A DNA stretch of 40,903 nt from Chlorokybus atmophyticus (Eukaryota > Plantae > Mesostigma and Chlorokybus algae): contig RHPI01002533.1 of assembly GCA_009103225.1 (NCBI GenBank), positions 1,005,758 through 1,046,660 of the forward strand. The letters are read 5' to 3'. The notes below the pieces were generated by a model that had not been told where the DNA came from, did not search any database, and saw only the letters and a program-made list of their open reading frames with translations. Numbering within the stretch: position 1 is the stretch's first letter; the number at the start of each line of letters is the position of its first letter. The position numbers and the translations under genes are program-made. This document shows, piece by piece, positions 24,922-36,215 of the stretch.

Positions 24922-25301
24922 CCGTATTTACCCGTTCACAGTGTCCCCCTTCCAACATAGTGCCCCCCCCAAATTGGGGGGGGGGGGGGGGGGNNNNNNG
25001 GGGGGGGGGGGGGGGGGCGGGCGGCATTATGTTCGGGGGGGCACTGTATTCGAAAGGGGGCATTGTATCGAATCAAGATTACGCTGACTGACCGTATCTA
25101 GCCATATCAAGCGAAGTTCAACGCCACAAAATACTAACTCAATCGTTACTTAGCTTTACTATGATTTATGTGTAATAAAACATTTTAGCAGGGGGGCGCT
25201 GTATATGAGAAGGGGGCATATTACAGCCTAACAATGTGCCCCCTTAAAAAATTCAGGGGGGTCATTATAATACGGGGGGCACTTCGAACGGGTAAGTACG
25301 G
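24922..25301. mobile_element. Non-autonomous Tc1/mariner-pogo-type MITE, about 380 bp, TA target site duplication
   Basis: Left TA|ccgtatttacccgttcacagtgtccccc versus reverse complement of right end TA|ccgtacttacccgttcgaagtgcccccc; TA at 24920-24921 and 25302-25303; no ORF; contains a 6-N gap. Confidence 0.85.
24976..25017 (+). repeat. Poly-G tract interrupted by a 6-N gap
   Basis: 18 G, nnnnnn, 18 G; true length unknown. Confidence 0.9.
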
Positions 25302-25417
25302 TACCTCCCACCTCATACTTCAAGTCACCAAGGGTTATCCGCCTTGCGCTATAAGATAGATGTTATGGTCAAACAAATGACGTCCTTCCCATAGCAGCCA
25401 TGCTTTACAAATAATAT

Positions 25418-25458
25418 TATGTATAATGTATGCATAATATATGCATACATTATACATA
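25418..25458. repeat. Perfect 19-bp AT-rich palindrome, 3-nt spacer
   Basis: tatgtataatgtatgcata-ata-tatgcatacattatacata. Confidence 0.95.
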
Positions 25459-25874
25459 GGTAGAAGCATAAAGCAATTCGCATTACCTGTAGTTTTATGC
25501 AATATTCACAATAATGATGTCATAACATGTTTTAATTGTAATCCGCTACAGTTGTTCCGCGCGCATGAAGCGCAAGCACACAAAAGAATATACCAATGTC
25601 ATCGCAACATATATATATGGCAATTTCATGCTCAATTCTTACATTGTACATCGCTACGCTATACATGTGCTTTTTATTTTGTTACGAAGTTTGATTAAAA
25701 AAAACTGCTTTCAATGTACACGAAAACCTGTCAACATGCTTATTTATCTTGTGGAAATAAATGTTAATTTTGCTAGTTTAGCAAATAATTGCGTTGCTTT
25801 GCAAATACATGTTATACCCTTTGAATACATGCATAATACCCTACACACATATATATATACACATTTTAGAACAC

Positions 25875-25898
25875 ATATATATATATATATATATATAT
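25875..25898. repeat. (AT)n microsatellite
   Basis: Direct reading. Confidence 0.95.
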
Positions 25899-26079
25899 GT
25901 ATACCATAGTGCCACGAAGTCTTCTTAAACGGCGCCGCTAATATAATTCGATTTTTTTCCCGTCAAACCCCACCATACCATGCCGAATTATTATTTCGGT
26001 TTAAGAGCATCGGAATGCATAAGTTCAATCGCCAAGACTTTGTAAAAGCCCTCTTTATAACTACGAAGATTTTATATCA

Positions 26080-26081
<2 letters not shown>

Positions 26082-26120
<39 letters not shown>
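26082..26120. repeat. (TA)n microsatellite
   Basis: Direct reading. Confidence 0.95.
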
Positions 26121-26126
<6 letters not shown>

Positions 26127-26898
26127 GTGTGTGTAAAGAAAATAAGAGAGACAGAGATAGTGCAGAGAGGAAGTGCACAGAACAAGAGAAAGCTTTCCAA
26201 TGATTTTCGTGAAGATGCATGTTGATATTATGTTGTAATGACATGATAATGTCAACAATGACATGACATCATGTTACTGAAAATATCATTGATAACAATA
26301 TCATAATCTGATTTTATAACCAACAACATACATGATTTCAGATGAGCATGTCGCAGCACGAAAGCAAATTTTTGACAATTGCAAGCTTACATATATAACA
26401 TAAGGAGCTCAAGTTTGACAAACTTAATGTTAACATGCAATAACATTATAACCTTGCTACAATAGGTTTTTGAGTTATGTATGCATATTGGCGCATATCA
26501 TGCTGTTAATATATTGCATACTTACATGCATCAAGCGGTCGCATGCACGGTGACTTCAAAGGGTCATCATGAATACGGCCTTTTTGTACATTGGAGGAGA
26601 TGCAGCAACACGTATTATTTTCATTGAAGAATTGCATTTGCTTAAATTTTATAAGACGCATGAAACTAAAAAACAACAATTTATGATTTATAATTTATTA
26701 TAGGATATAGCAATGAGCATTATGATATCAAGCCTCGCGTCGTTAATAACAGGTACATAATTTGATTAAGAATGTGCCATGCAAATGCATGTGGTTGCCT
26801 ATGTGAAATGAGTGATGCAAGCTACTGTCAACCTAGCGCTAGTGGGAGCTTGGTACGTGTAGTTCTTGTTGCCTCGTTACATGATTGAAAGCGAAGTT

Positions 26899-27303
26899 CT
26901 AGGGCTTTAAGCCCTAGCTAGAACCTAATGCTAGAACCTAATAGGGTACTTGCTGGGCCCTAGGCTAAAGATCAGCAGGTACAAATGTACCTTCAATGTA
27001 ATGGTACCTTCCAGCTCGAACTGCGCGGAAGACTCGGTTCGTGGCCACGGTGCAACCAGTGACAGCCCTCCACCTGGCCGGCAGCTCTGAGACCAGAGCC
27101 GGGCGCGCAGCAGCCTCGTTCCCGCAACATATATCGGCGCGCATTCGTGGATTCAAACATACGAAAGTTTGAAGCCGAAGGGTGGCTGCGACCCGGCCCT
27201 GCACGGCCGCACAGCGCTGCTGCCGTCAGCAGTCCCTGGTTAGCGCATCACCGCTCTTAACCAGCACTGTCAGTCCTCATTCCTCTCACAGTGTGAGAGG
27301 AAT
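26899..27303. other. GC-rich island of consecutive stem-loops (candidate structured element, unclassified)
   Basis: Stems at 26899-26917, 27084-27099, 27152-27173, 27217-27232, 27236-27264 and 27279-27303; no recognised ncRNA family motif. Confidence 0.45.
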
Positions 27304-29674
27304 CTCAGTTAAAGTGATTGCAAGCCGTACGACCCTGGATAGATTCTGGCGGTAGCAGCTCCGTCATCTACAACGTCCGTACTGCACGGAGAGTAAAAAA
27401 TGCACAGCATGCCATTGGTATAAGCATACCTAAGCTGCTGTATAAGAAAGATCGAGAGAACACGCCCTAAGTGGTTTCGTGCTTACAGTTTTCTCTTATG
27501 GGATGCACACCAATGCTCGTACACCAGTTTGTTGAAAGTTGCACACACTGCTAACTCATGCACCTTTGTGCATGCATAAGCTTACACATGCATTGACACA
27601 TGCACGTATAACATCATGTAATAGTAGACACAATAATATGCGCATTCTTGCAAATCATTGGGCATGCACACGGCATGACATATCACCCTTGCATGGTTCA
27701 TGGCGCGTATTGCGTGCACTGTACACAGCATCTGCTTGCTTGCGTGGGTAGATGTAACATATTTGGGATGGAGCATACAAGACATATGGCTCCCTTTATG
27801 GGCAGCGACTTTGCTGCAATGGCTTAGTGGTTAAGGCGCCGATAGTGCAGTGGAGCTGTGTATAAAACAATTGTAATGCTTGCACACAAACATGCTTGCA
27901 TACCGTATGCATGATGTACAGCATGCACATGAATGGTGCATGCCATTGCAGCCCTCGTGAGTCATGAACAGTTATCACTTCATAATTGACACACAATTGA
28001 TAATAGGGCGATTGCAAAACAAAGTTTCAAGCACAATAGCTGTCGCGGTGAGTGCCGTCGATAATGGACAAAACATCAACATTATGTTAGCAATACGTAG
28101 TGGTTGGTTGTTGGTGATGTAGAATTTAGGCCAGCCCCCCAAGTCTGGCGAGTACATGTTATGTATATGTTATTGACATTGCTTTATTGATGGTGCTCAA
28201 TGTAGCGCTAACGCGTATTTATGCATCGGCACCTTGCATTCTTATGGCTTGTGGTTGATAATGTTGCTTGCCACTATGTTGGTGTACATTAAATTGTGCT
28301 GTATGCATATATCAACACGGGTAAATATGACAAGCTGGTACTGCACTCCGGCCTACTCATTTATCATACGCTCGTTGCCAATTGACATGCTGCGGGGCCT
28401 AAAGTATTAATGTCTTAAGATTATTGGCCAATGTTCTACCACTGGTTGCTGCTGCATGTGATGCGCTTGTGCAAGCACGTAAACTTGTGCCCTCAGCGAA
28501 GGATTCCCCAAAACTTATAAGCCCCCCAAACAAATTTTTCCGCGCATTGAAAGTGAGATAAACGTACGATATTATACGATATGTTAGGTAATGGTATTTT
28601 AACTGAGCATTGCATTGACTTGGCCAGTATTCACAACTTACTATTGATCATCATCCTTAAACATGCCGTTTGTTCAGCTGAAGACCATGTTTGGTGCCCC
28701 TTTATATGAGCGGTTAATCGTTTATGTTAAGTAGTAGGGTGCAAAACAGTTAAAGTGATGGCTACTGATGGTGGCAGACGTTTAGGGTATGGGGCCCGCC
28801 CCCCCAACCTTGTACCACCTAAAATGCACGCGTATAACCACTAACTGTCGCTAAGTTAGCGCCTAAAAGCCCGTACTTGGACTCGCCGTCAGGAATGGCG
28901 TTGTCGCTGAGATGCCGTTGAGATAGTTTTAAGCATCTTTGCAATAATTTGCATTTTTTTGCCTTTTTGTGGCAACGGCCCTTGTCAAGTCTATACATTT
29001 GTTGTATGGTTTATACAACTGAACAGTGGTCCAACGGCGCTATTTTTAATTCAATTGAATCTTAACGTTAAGGTGTTTGAGGTTAGCATTATTTTGTTTA
29101 TCGTAACCTTTGCGTTATGCACAATGAATCGCTGCACGTAATGTGGTAAAAACGTTATTATGTAATGTACTACCTCAATAAGTGTGTTACATCTCATACC
29201 ATATGGACCATATAAAATCAAATGCCGCCATATGTGGAACTTGTTGTGCTCAATTTGAGTATTTGTTTGCATATATTTTCAGCAGTTGCATGAAGTGGGG
29301 ATATGCTATGGATGGTTGCGATCTGTCATAAATAGAACGAACGGTCGCTACCTAGTAGTCGCCGTCTAGCCAATAAGAGGCAAGCGGGCCGCGCATTCCG
29401 CGCAGCCCGGCAATTGCGGGTGCTGTATGTCATGGCCACTGATGCCTTGCGCGTGTGATGTGTTTGTATGCGCTAATGCCAACCGGCCGAACGATATTAC
29501 TACGCTAACGAGTGTGTGCACATGGAACAGTATGGTGCCATATACACACCGTGTATTGTCCTGATTGCACCATATTGATCAACATGGTGTCAGAGTGAAC
29601 AATGCGACTCGCGTCGCAACGGCAGCGTCCTGCCATGTGTATTAACACAAAACCCGTGACCGCCAGCCGGCGCA

Positions 29675-29717
29675 AGGAAACCGCGTGGTGTGTGTAATCC
29701 ACACCACGCGGTTTCCT
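29675..29717. repeat. Perfect 18-bp GC-rich hairpin, 7-nt loop
   Basis: aggaaaccgcgtggtgtg-tgtaatc-cacaccacgcggtttcct. Confidence 0.95.
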
Positions 29718-30776
29718 GTGTATGTAGGTGTGGGTGGGTGTGGGTGTGTCTGTGGGTGTGTCCCCGCCATATCAGCCGTATTCATTTGTTCGTCAACAAG
29801 TCTTGACACATTGAAATCCTATAATTGATAAACATGTTATGTTAAAACTCTCACATTGTGAAGGTTTGGGCACAACTTGTTGATACTTGCACGTTTTGTT
29901 GATTACCACTTACAGCAAGTGCGAATGTACACTATAGCTAAGCATACATTTACATTTGTTCTCATCTCTTAACATGCCGTTACTTATTACCAGCTTCACA
30001 CCAAACGGACAGACCACTGTTAAAGTTTCGTGATATTGTATAACTCTGATGTACATCGCTGATTGGGTTAGCATGATGGAGAGTGTTTATAATGTCCTTT
30101 CACTATAATGTCCTTACGTATTTATAACGATGCGCACATTCACAATAAATCTATCACTTAACTGTAGCTGCTGGGATGCTAGCAACTCTTTGATCAATCG
30201 CGACGGATGACTTGAGATTAAGAAAGCTGGCGAAAGAAAAAGTATACATGCAAAGATAAATAAACCGTGTTGAAATAATAAATATCATAAAAAAACTTGA
30301 CAATAATACACCGCGGAATATTAAGTATTAATAGTATACATATATAATATAATTAAAGCCCGCATGTTACCATTACGTGTGCGTAATATGAACTGTAAGA
30401 TTTTGTTTTTAAAAACCTTATACAACTACTATGTTGTATGAGTGTTATGTTATTGCAATTTCACTTTGACATTTGTGGTTTTCGTACACAGAAACCATGC
30501 TTACATTTTAACATTAAATAACATACTACCCATCGAGATTAGATTAGACAGCAAGTGAGTGACCATGTGGAACTCGAGTACGGCGTGTTTGGAATATATC
30601 GTTGCATAGTCTCAATGAAACAATGTATGCTGGCAGCTATTGGCAATGGTATACACCACATTGGATTGATTCACATGTGTTCTTCTTCTTATGTATACAA
30701 ACCAAAACAAACCAAAGGACAAAACACATATCGACACGCATACGCACCAACATAGAAGTATAGCATCTGTCTTACA

Positions 30777-33700
30777 CTAAGCCCACTCGCCTGCCAACTG
30801 ATCCACAAGGGCGTCCACCTCCGCAGACACAACAGAGGACCTCGCGCTGTGGTTGCTGCTGCTCTTGTTGTTGTGGTGGTCGTTGTACTCATCTTCGGTG
30901 TTGTCGACGGCCTGCTGGAGCGCGGAGGCGTGCGTCCAGGTGTCCTTGTTGGGATTGGTCAGCTCCTGCCCGTCCTCGCTCATGATGTTGCGCTCCAGGT
31001 GGGATGGCAGACCCTGAAGGAGTGAACCATGAGTACTTCGTGTGTGTATGGGCGTGTGGGCGGGAGGGTGGCTGGGTGGATGCATACGTGTGCGTGCGTG
31101 CATGTATTTGTGTGCGCGAGTGTCTCACCTGCGCATGCATGTCATACACTGCTTCTTCACTCTCACGCACGTCACCATCATCAACAACAGCATCCTCTCC
31201 CTCCTTGCCATCGTTACCATCAAGACGATCATCATCACCATCAACAGCACTGCTGTCCAACTGTCCCTCTTGTCCATCTCCTTCTCTAGCTGAAACCATG
31301 GAGTCCACGACATCCCCCAACACAGCGCCAACCTCCCGCTCGGTGCTGCTACCACCAGAGAGCAGGTCCCCCTCAAGTGTCTCAGAGAGTATCGTATCAC
31401 TGTGTTGCTGCTGCTGCTCCGCCGACACTTGTTCTTCTTTCAACACTCCATCATCAGTGAAGGCCTCTTCTTCCTCAATGTGGATGCTGTCATCGTTGTT
31501 GTTGTCATTCGCGTTGTCGAGGTGTTCCTCCTCCTCCTGAAGCAGCTCTCCCTCAGCCGCTGCATACGGCGAGGCGGCGGCCTCATCCGCACCATGACCA
31601 TAGTCATAGTCACCATAGTCATAGTCAAACGCCGCCTCAGCCACCGCCGCCTCCTCTCCTCCAAGAAACTCCTCCTCCCCAGCCACCTCATCAAAGAACG
31701 CCTGCGCCTCCTCCGCCAGCCCATACGCCTCCTCTTCCTCCTTGGCATCATGCTTGTCGTCGCCGAGGTGGTCGTCGTTATCGGGTTGGGTCTGGTCGTC
31801 GTGGCCCACCTGGTACGCGGGTGTCTTGCCGAGGTCCAGCGGCGGCACGGGCACGCCGCGGCTGAGGGTTTGAGTGGTGGAGGAGGAGAACACCGCCGCC
31901 TCTCTCGGGAGAGATGATGATAGTGTTGATGATGTTGATGGCGTGGACACGGAGGCGGCGAGGTCCGTGTTGTTGTCGTTATCGTTGTCGTTGTCGGTGG
32001 TGCTGAGGTCGGACGCGGACACGGACACGGTTGTGGCTGTGTGCGTGTCGAGTGTTGTTGTGGTCAGTGTGGTTGATGCGAGTGTCGTCGTTGTTGTGGC
32101 TGTTGTAAGTGTATCTCTGGAGTCGTCGTTGAGGGATACAGATAGTCCTGCCCGGTTGTGCGATGCCGACCCGGGCCTTGACACCCGCCCAGCAATCGCA
32201 GACACCTTCGCATACAACAAGTGCATTGTGTTTGTGCGCGCATGCGCGTGGCTATGTGCATGCGCGTGCACGCGCAGTCGCACGCATGCACACATGTGAA
32301 ACGTGCGCGTCCACACGTGTATGGATGTGTGCACGCATGCGCACTTGTGTGTGCGAACCATACCACTCTGCACGCAAGCTACCTCACCACACCCACACCC
32401 ACACCCCTCTACCCTCACCTTGCGCGCGCTTTCTGCATCGTACTCCTCGTCCTCTTCCTCGAACGCGTCGTTGTGCGTGAAGCGCACCGCCTGCATCCCT
32501 GCAGCTGCGTGCGTCGTTGTTGTTGGTGGTGGTGTGGGCGAGGGCGTGGGGCGACGGGAGGCGCGTGACGGCGGACGAGGGGGGAAGGGACCTGCTGAGG
32601 AGCGGTGTGGGTGCGGGTGCGATGTGCACGTGTGGGTACGTATGTGTGGGATGGCTTACTTGAGTCGGATGGATGGGTTGGGGGCTGTGAGCCCATCTCT
32701 GGCCAGGCCATCTTGGCGGTGTGCGGGGGCGTGGACGAGCGACCGGCGAACACGTCTGCGGTCAAATTGGTGTCACACACATCAAGCTAGAGCATAACTG
32801 AAGCATTCAGCATGGCACCACACACGTAAACGCGCACGCACATCCGCACACCCGCACCCGCACTCGCACGCATGCGCGCACGCGCTCGCTCTCGTGCACA
32901 TGCACTCGCACACACACACATACCGCGTGTCGTTGGCCTCCTTTTCCCTCCTCCCGCCCTCCCCTGCCCCTTGCCCCCGACGCTCCTCGGCCTCCCCTCC
33001 GCCCCCGCCCCTTCAAACATCCCCCTCTCCCTCTCTCTCTCCACCTCAAACTCCTCCTCCTCCTCCTCCTCCTCGTCCCGCCGAAGCCCGCCCGCGAACC
33101 GCCCCGCCTGGGCGCTGCGCGACTCGCGACGCGGGGGAGGAGTGTGGGGGTGGTGGGGGTGGTGGGGGCTTGGGCGGGGGAAGGAGGACTCGGAGTCCAA
33201 CTGACTGCGACCCCTGAGGGAGTGAGGTGGGTGGGTGGGTTGGGGTGTTGATTGACCATGATGACCATGATATGGCAATTGAGCAAGGCTGTGAGGACAC
33301 GTACTCGTGTACTAACCCGGGTGCATGTGTGCGTAGGTGGGCGTGCGTGCGTGCGTGCGTGCGTGCGTAACTTATGTGTGTTGATGCACTGATTCCAGTG
33401 TGATGGTTAATTGAGTGCACATGCTTGTTGTACCAGCCAGGTGCCGTTGAGGCGCGAGGAGGGAGTTGGGTGGAGGAGGTAGGGGTCCCGCGACGGGAAA
33501 GACCGTACAGGCCGTACAGCGGGTCCGTGTGCGGCGTCCCTCTTCCCCCTGGTGATGATGTTCATGTTGGTGTTGAGTATGTTGATGAGGATGCGGATAA
33601 CTGGGATGGTAATTGTAGCAGCTACTCACTCTCTGGGGATGTACGCACGCGCCTTCTGTACTGCTCCGAGTTCTTATACTGCACAATGAGAGAGATACTT

Positions 33701-36215
33701 TTGGTTTTGCAGTTTTGGGCAGTATCGCTTGGTTGCAATCGCATTGTGCACGTATCAATGTGACTTTGTGGGTCATTATCACCACGCGCACCTCCTCCTC
33801 CCACTTGTGTATGCTGTACACCGGCCCGGCCTCCTGTATCCTCGACAGCATGGCCTGAGAGAGAACACGGTTGTTGTTGGTAACAGTCACAACAACAGCC
33901 CCAAGTGACAAGCCCTCACCATCGCAGCAGTACAACCTCAGACCCGACCTAACTTGCCACACGCTGCGTATCCTCCCTTGCACAGCCAGCAGTGCACTCA
34001 CCAGGTTCTCTGCGTGTATGCGCTCGAGCTGTTGCCGCCGCTTACCACTGTTGAGGCTGTCGCGGTAACCAGGTGGACGCGCCTGAGAAGTGTGTATGTG
34101 CGTGCGTGTCGTTTCAACTTGCGGTGGGGTGTGAGTGTGGTAAGACTCTTTTTGTCTCTCTCACCTGGTAGGAGTCTATCTGGGGCGTCTGGCAGGCGTC
34201 CAGGCAGTATCCGGGCCGCAGCTGCAGGGACGTGCGGAACCGCAATGGCGACACGCACCTCCTCACATCCTGTAGACATGTGTACAACACCACTCAATCA
34301 ATCAGTCCAACAATCATAGCGTACAAGGACAAACGAANTGGGGTGTTGATTGACCATGATGACCATGATATGGCAATTGAGCAAGGCTGTGAGGACACGT
34401 ACTCGTGTACTAACCCGGGTGCATGTGTGCGTAGGTGGGCGTGCGTGCGTGCGTGCGTGCGTGCGTAACTTATGTGTGTTGATGCACTGATTCCAGTGTG
34501 ATGGTTAATTGAGTGCACATGCTTGTTGTACCAGCCAGGTGCCGTTGAGGCGCGAGGAGGGAGTTGGGTGGAGGAGGTAGGGGTCCCGCGACGGGAAAGA
34601 CCGTACAGGCCGTACAGCGGGTCCGTGTGCGGCGTCCCTCTTCCCCCTGGTGATGATGTTCATGTTGGTGTTGAGTATGTTGATGAGGATGCGGATAACT
34701 GGGATGGTAATTGTAGCAGCTACTCACTCTCTGGGGATGTACGCACGCGCCTTCTGTACTGCTCCGAGTTCTTATACTGCACAATGAGAGAGATACTTTT
34801 GGTTTTGCAGTTTTGGGCAGTATCGCTTGGTTGCAATCGCATTGTGCACGTATCAATGTGACTTTGTGGGTCATTATCACCACGCGCACCTCCTCCTCCC
34901 ACTTGTGTATGCTGTACACCGGCCCGGCCTCCTGTATCCTCGACAGCATGGCCTGAGAGAGAACACGGTTGTTGTTGGTAACAGTCACAACAACAGCCCC
35001 AAGTGACAAGCCCTCACCATCGCAGCAGTACAACCTCAGACCCGACCTAACTTGCCACACGCTGCGTATCCTCCCTTGCACAGCCAGCAGTGCACTCACC
35101 AGGTTCTCTGCGTGTATGCGCTCGAGCTGTTGCCGCCGCTTACCACTGTTGAGGCTGTCGCGGTAACCAGGTGGACGCGCCTGAGAAGTGTGTATGTGCG
35201 TGCGTGTCGTTTCAACTTGCGGTGGGGTGTGAGTGTGGTAAGACTCTTTTTGTCTCTCTCACCTGGTAGGAGTCTATCTGGGGCGTCTGGCAGGCGTCCA
35301 GGCAGTATCCGGGCCGCAGCTGCAGGGACGTGCGGAACCGCAATGGCGACACGCACCTCCTCACATCCTGTAGACATGTGTACAACACCACTCAATCAAT
35401 CAGTCCAACAATCATAGCGTACAAGGACAAACGAAGCGCGCCAGCGCGTTCTTGCGTGCGCGCACTTGTGTGGACACATGTTTGCACGCAGGCACAGCAC
35501 ATATTTCAAGCCATGCCTGTTGAGAGATGCGCTCCATCTTCTCCAGCAGGATGCGGTTCTCATACTCGATCTGCTCAAACCGATCTGCACAGCAATCAAC
35601 AATAGCTGCTTTAGCCAAGCTGTGGGCGTTTCATGCATTGCTGATCATGATGTAATGGTGATAGTTTACCCACCTTCCATTATGCGGTGCTTCTTTGTGC
35701 GCGTGTACAAGTGGGCGAACTCCCTGCACGGATTGCGGTGATTGTGAATGTGTTCCTTCCAAGTTGTGCTTACCGCACGCAGTTGTTCAGGTGCTGAAGT
35801 TGGCTTGTGTTGTGTGAGGAAATCAGTACCACCATTAACCACCACAGAGGGAGCACTTACTGCGGGGGTGAGTTGTCGATGGATGGCGTGATGGCCGCCA
35901 GCTTCTGCTTGTGGATCTTCTGGCAGTGGTCCAGCCATTTCTACAACACACAAAATGACAATGTTGATGACAATGTTTTATGTACTGGCTGTACTGGCTC
36001 TAGGTCGGCCATCTCGCAACATCAATGATGTGTCTATGTATAACACAACACACTCGCGTCACACACGCGCACGCAGGTGTGCACACTGCAACTTGAGAGA
36101 TACATGGCAGCATAGGGACAAGGACTTGTTAACACAGTTGACGCTTGACAGCCTCGCTCACTTGGTAGCAGATGGCGTTGCCGACAGGCATGGCCTTCCT
36201 CCCGCGGTCCGCCAT
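30777..36215 (-). CDS. CFAP97/KIAA1430 (Hemingway)-domain protein with long Pro-rich and acidic C-terminal tail
   Basis: MADRGRKAMPVGNAICYQ|KWLDHCQKIHKQKLAAITPSIDNSPP, RFEQIEYENRILLEKMERI, DSLNSGKRRQQLERIHAENL|AMLSRIQEAGPVYSIHKWEEE are KIAA1430-type motifs. Downstream exons join in phase through 33290-32920, 32745-32650 and 32590-32415 into the acidic ORF (30889-32496) and the last exon ending ...LAGEWA TAG at 30779-30777. Confidence 0.78.
33241..35435. repeat. Apparently exact 1097-bp tandem duplication separated by one N (probable assembly artefact)
   Basis: 33241-34337 repeated at 34339-35435; ORF translations in both copies are identical; N at 34338. Confidence 0.9.

Noticed and set aside
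26955-26975. ggctaaagatca resembling the U2 snRNA 5' region
   Set aside because: The branch-point recognition sequence GTGTAGTA and the Sm site are absent.
27820-27845. tRNA/SINE-like A-box TGGCTTAGTGGTTAAGGCG
   Set aside because: No B-box (GGTTCGA) or cloverleaf follows; at most a decayed SINE head, so no tRNA is called.
35368-35520. Possible GC-AG intron in the CFAP97 gene (CAG|GCATGG)
   Set aside because: An in-frame canonical donor (CAA|GTGCGC at 35465) explains the splice equally well.
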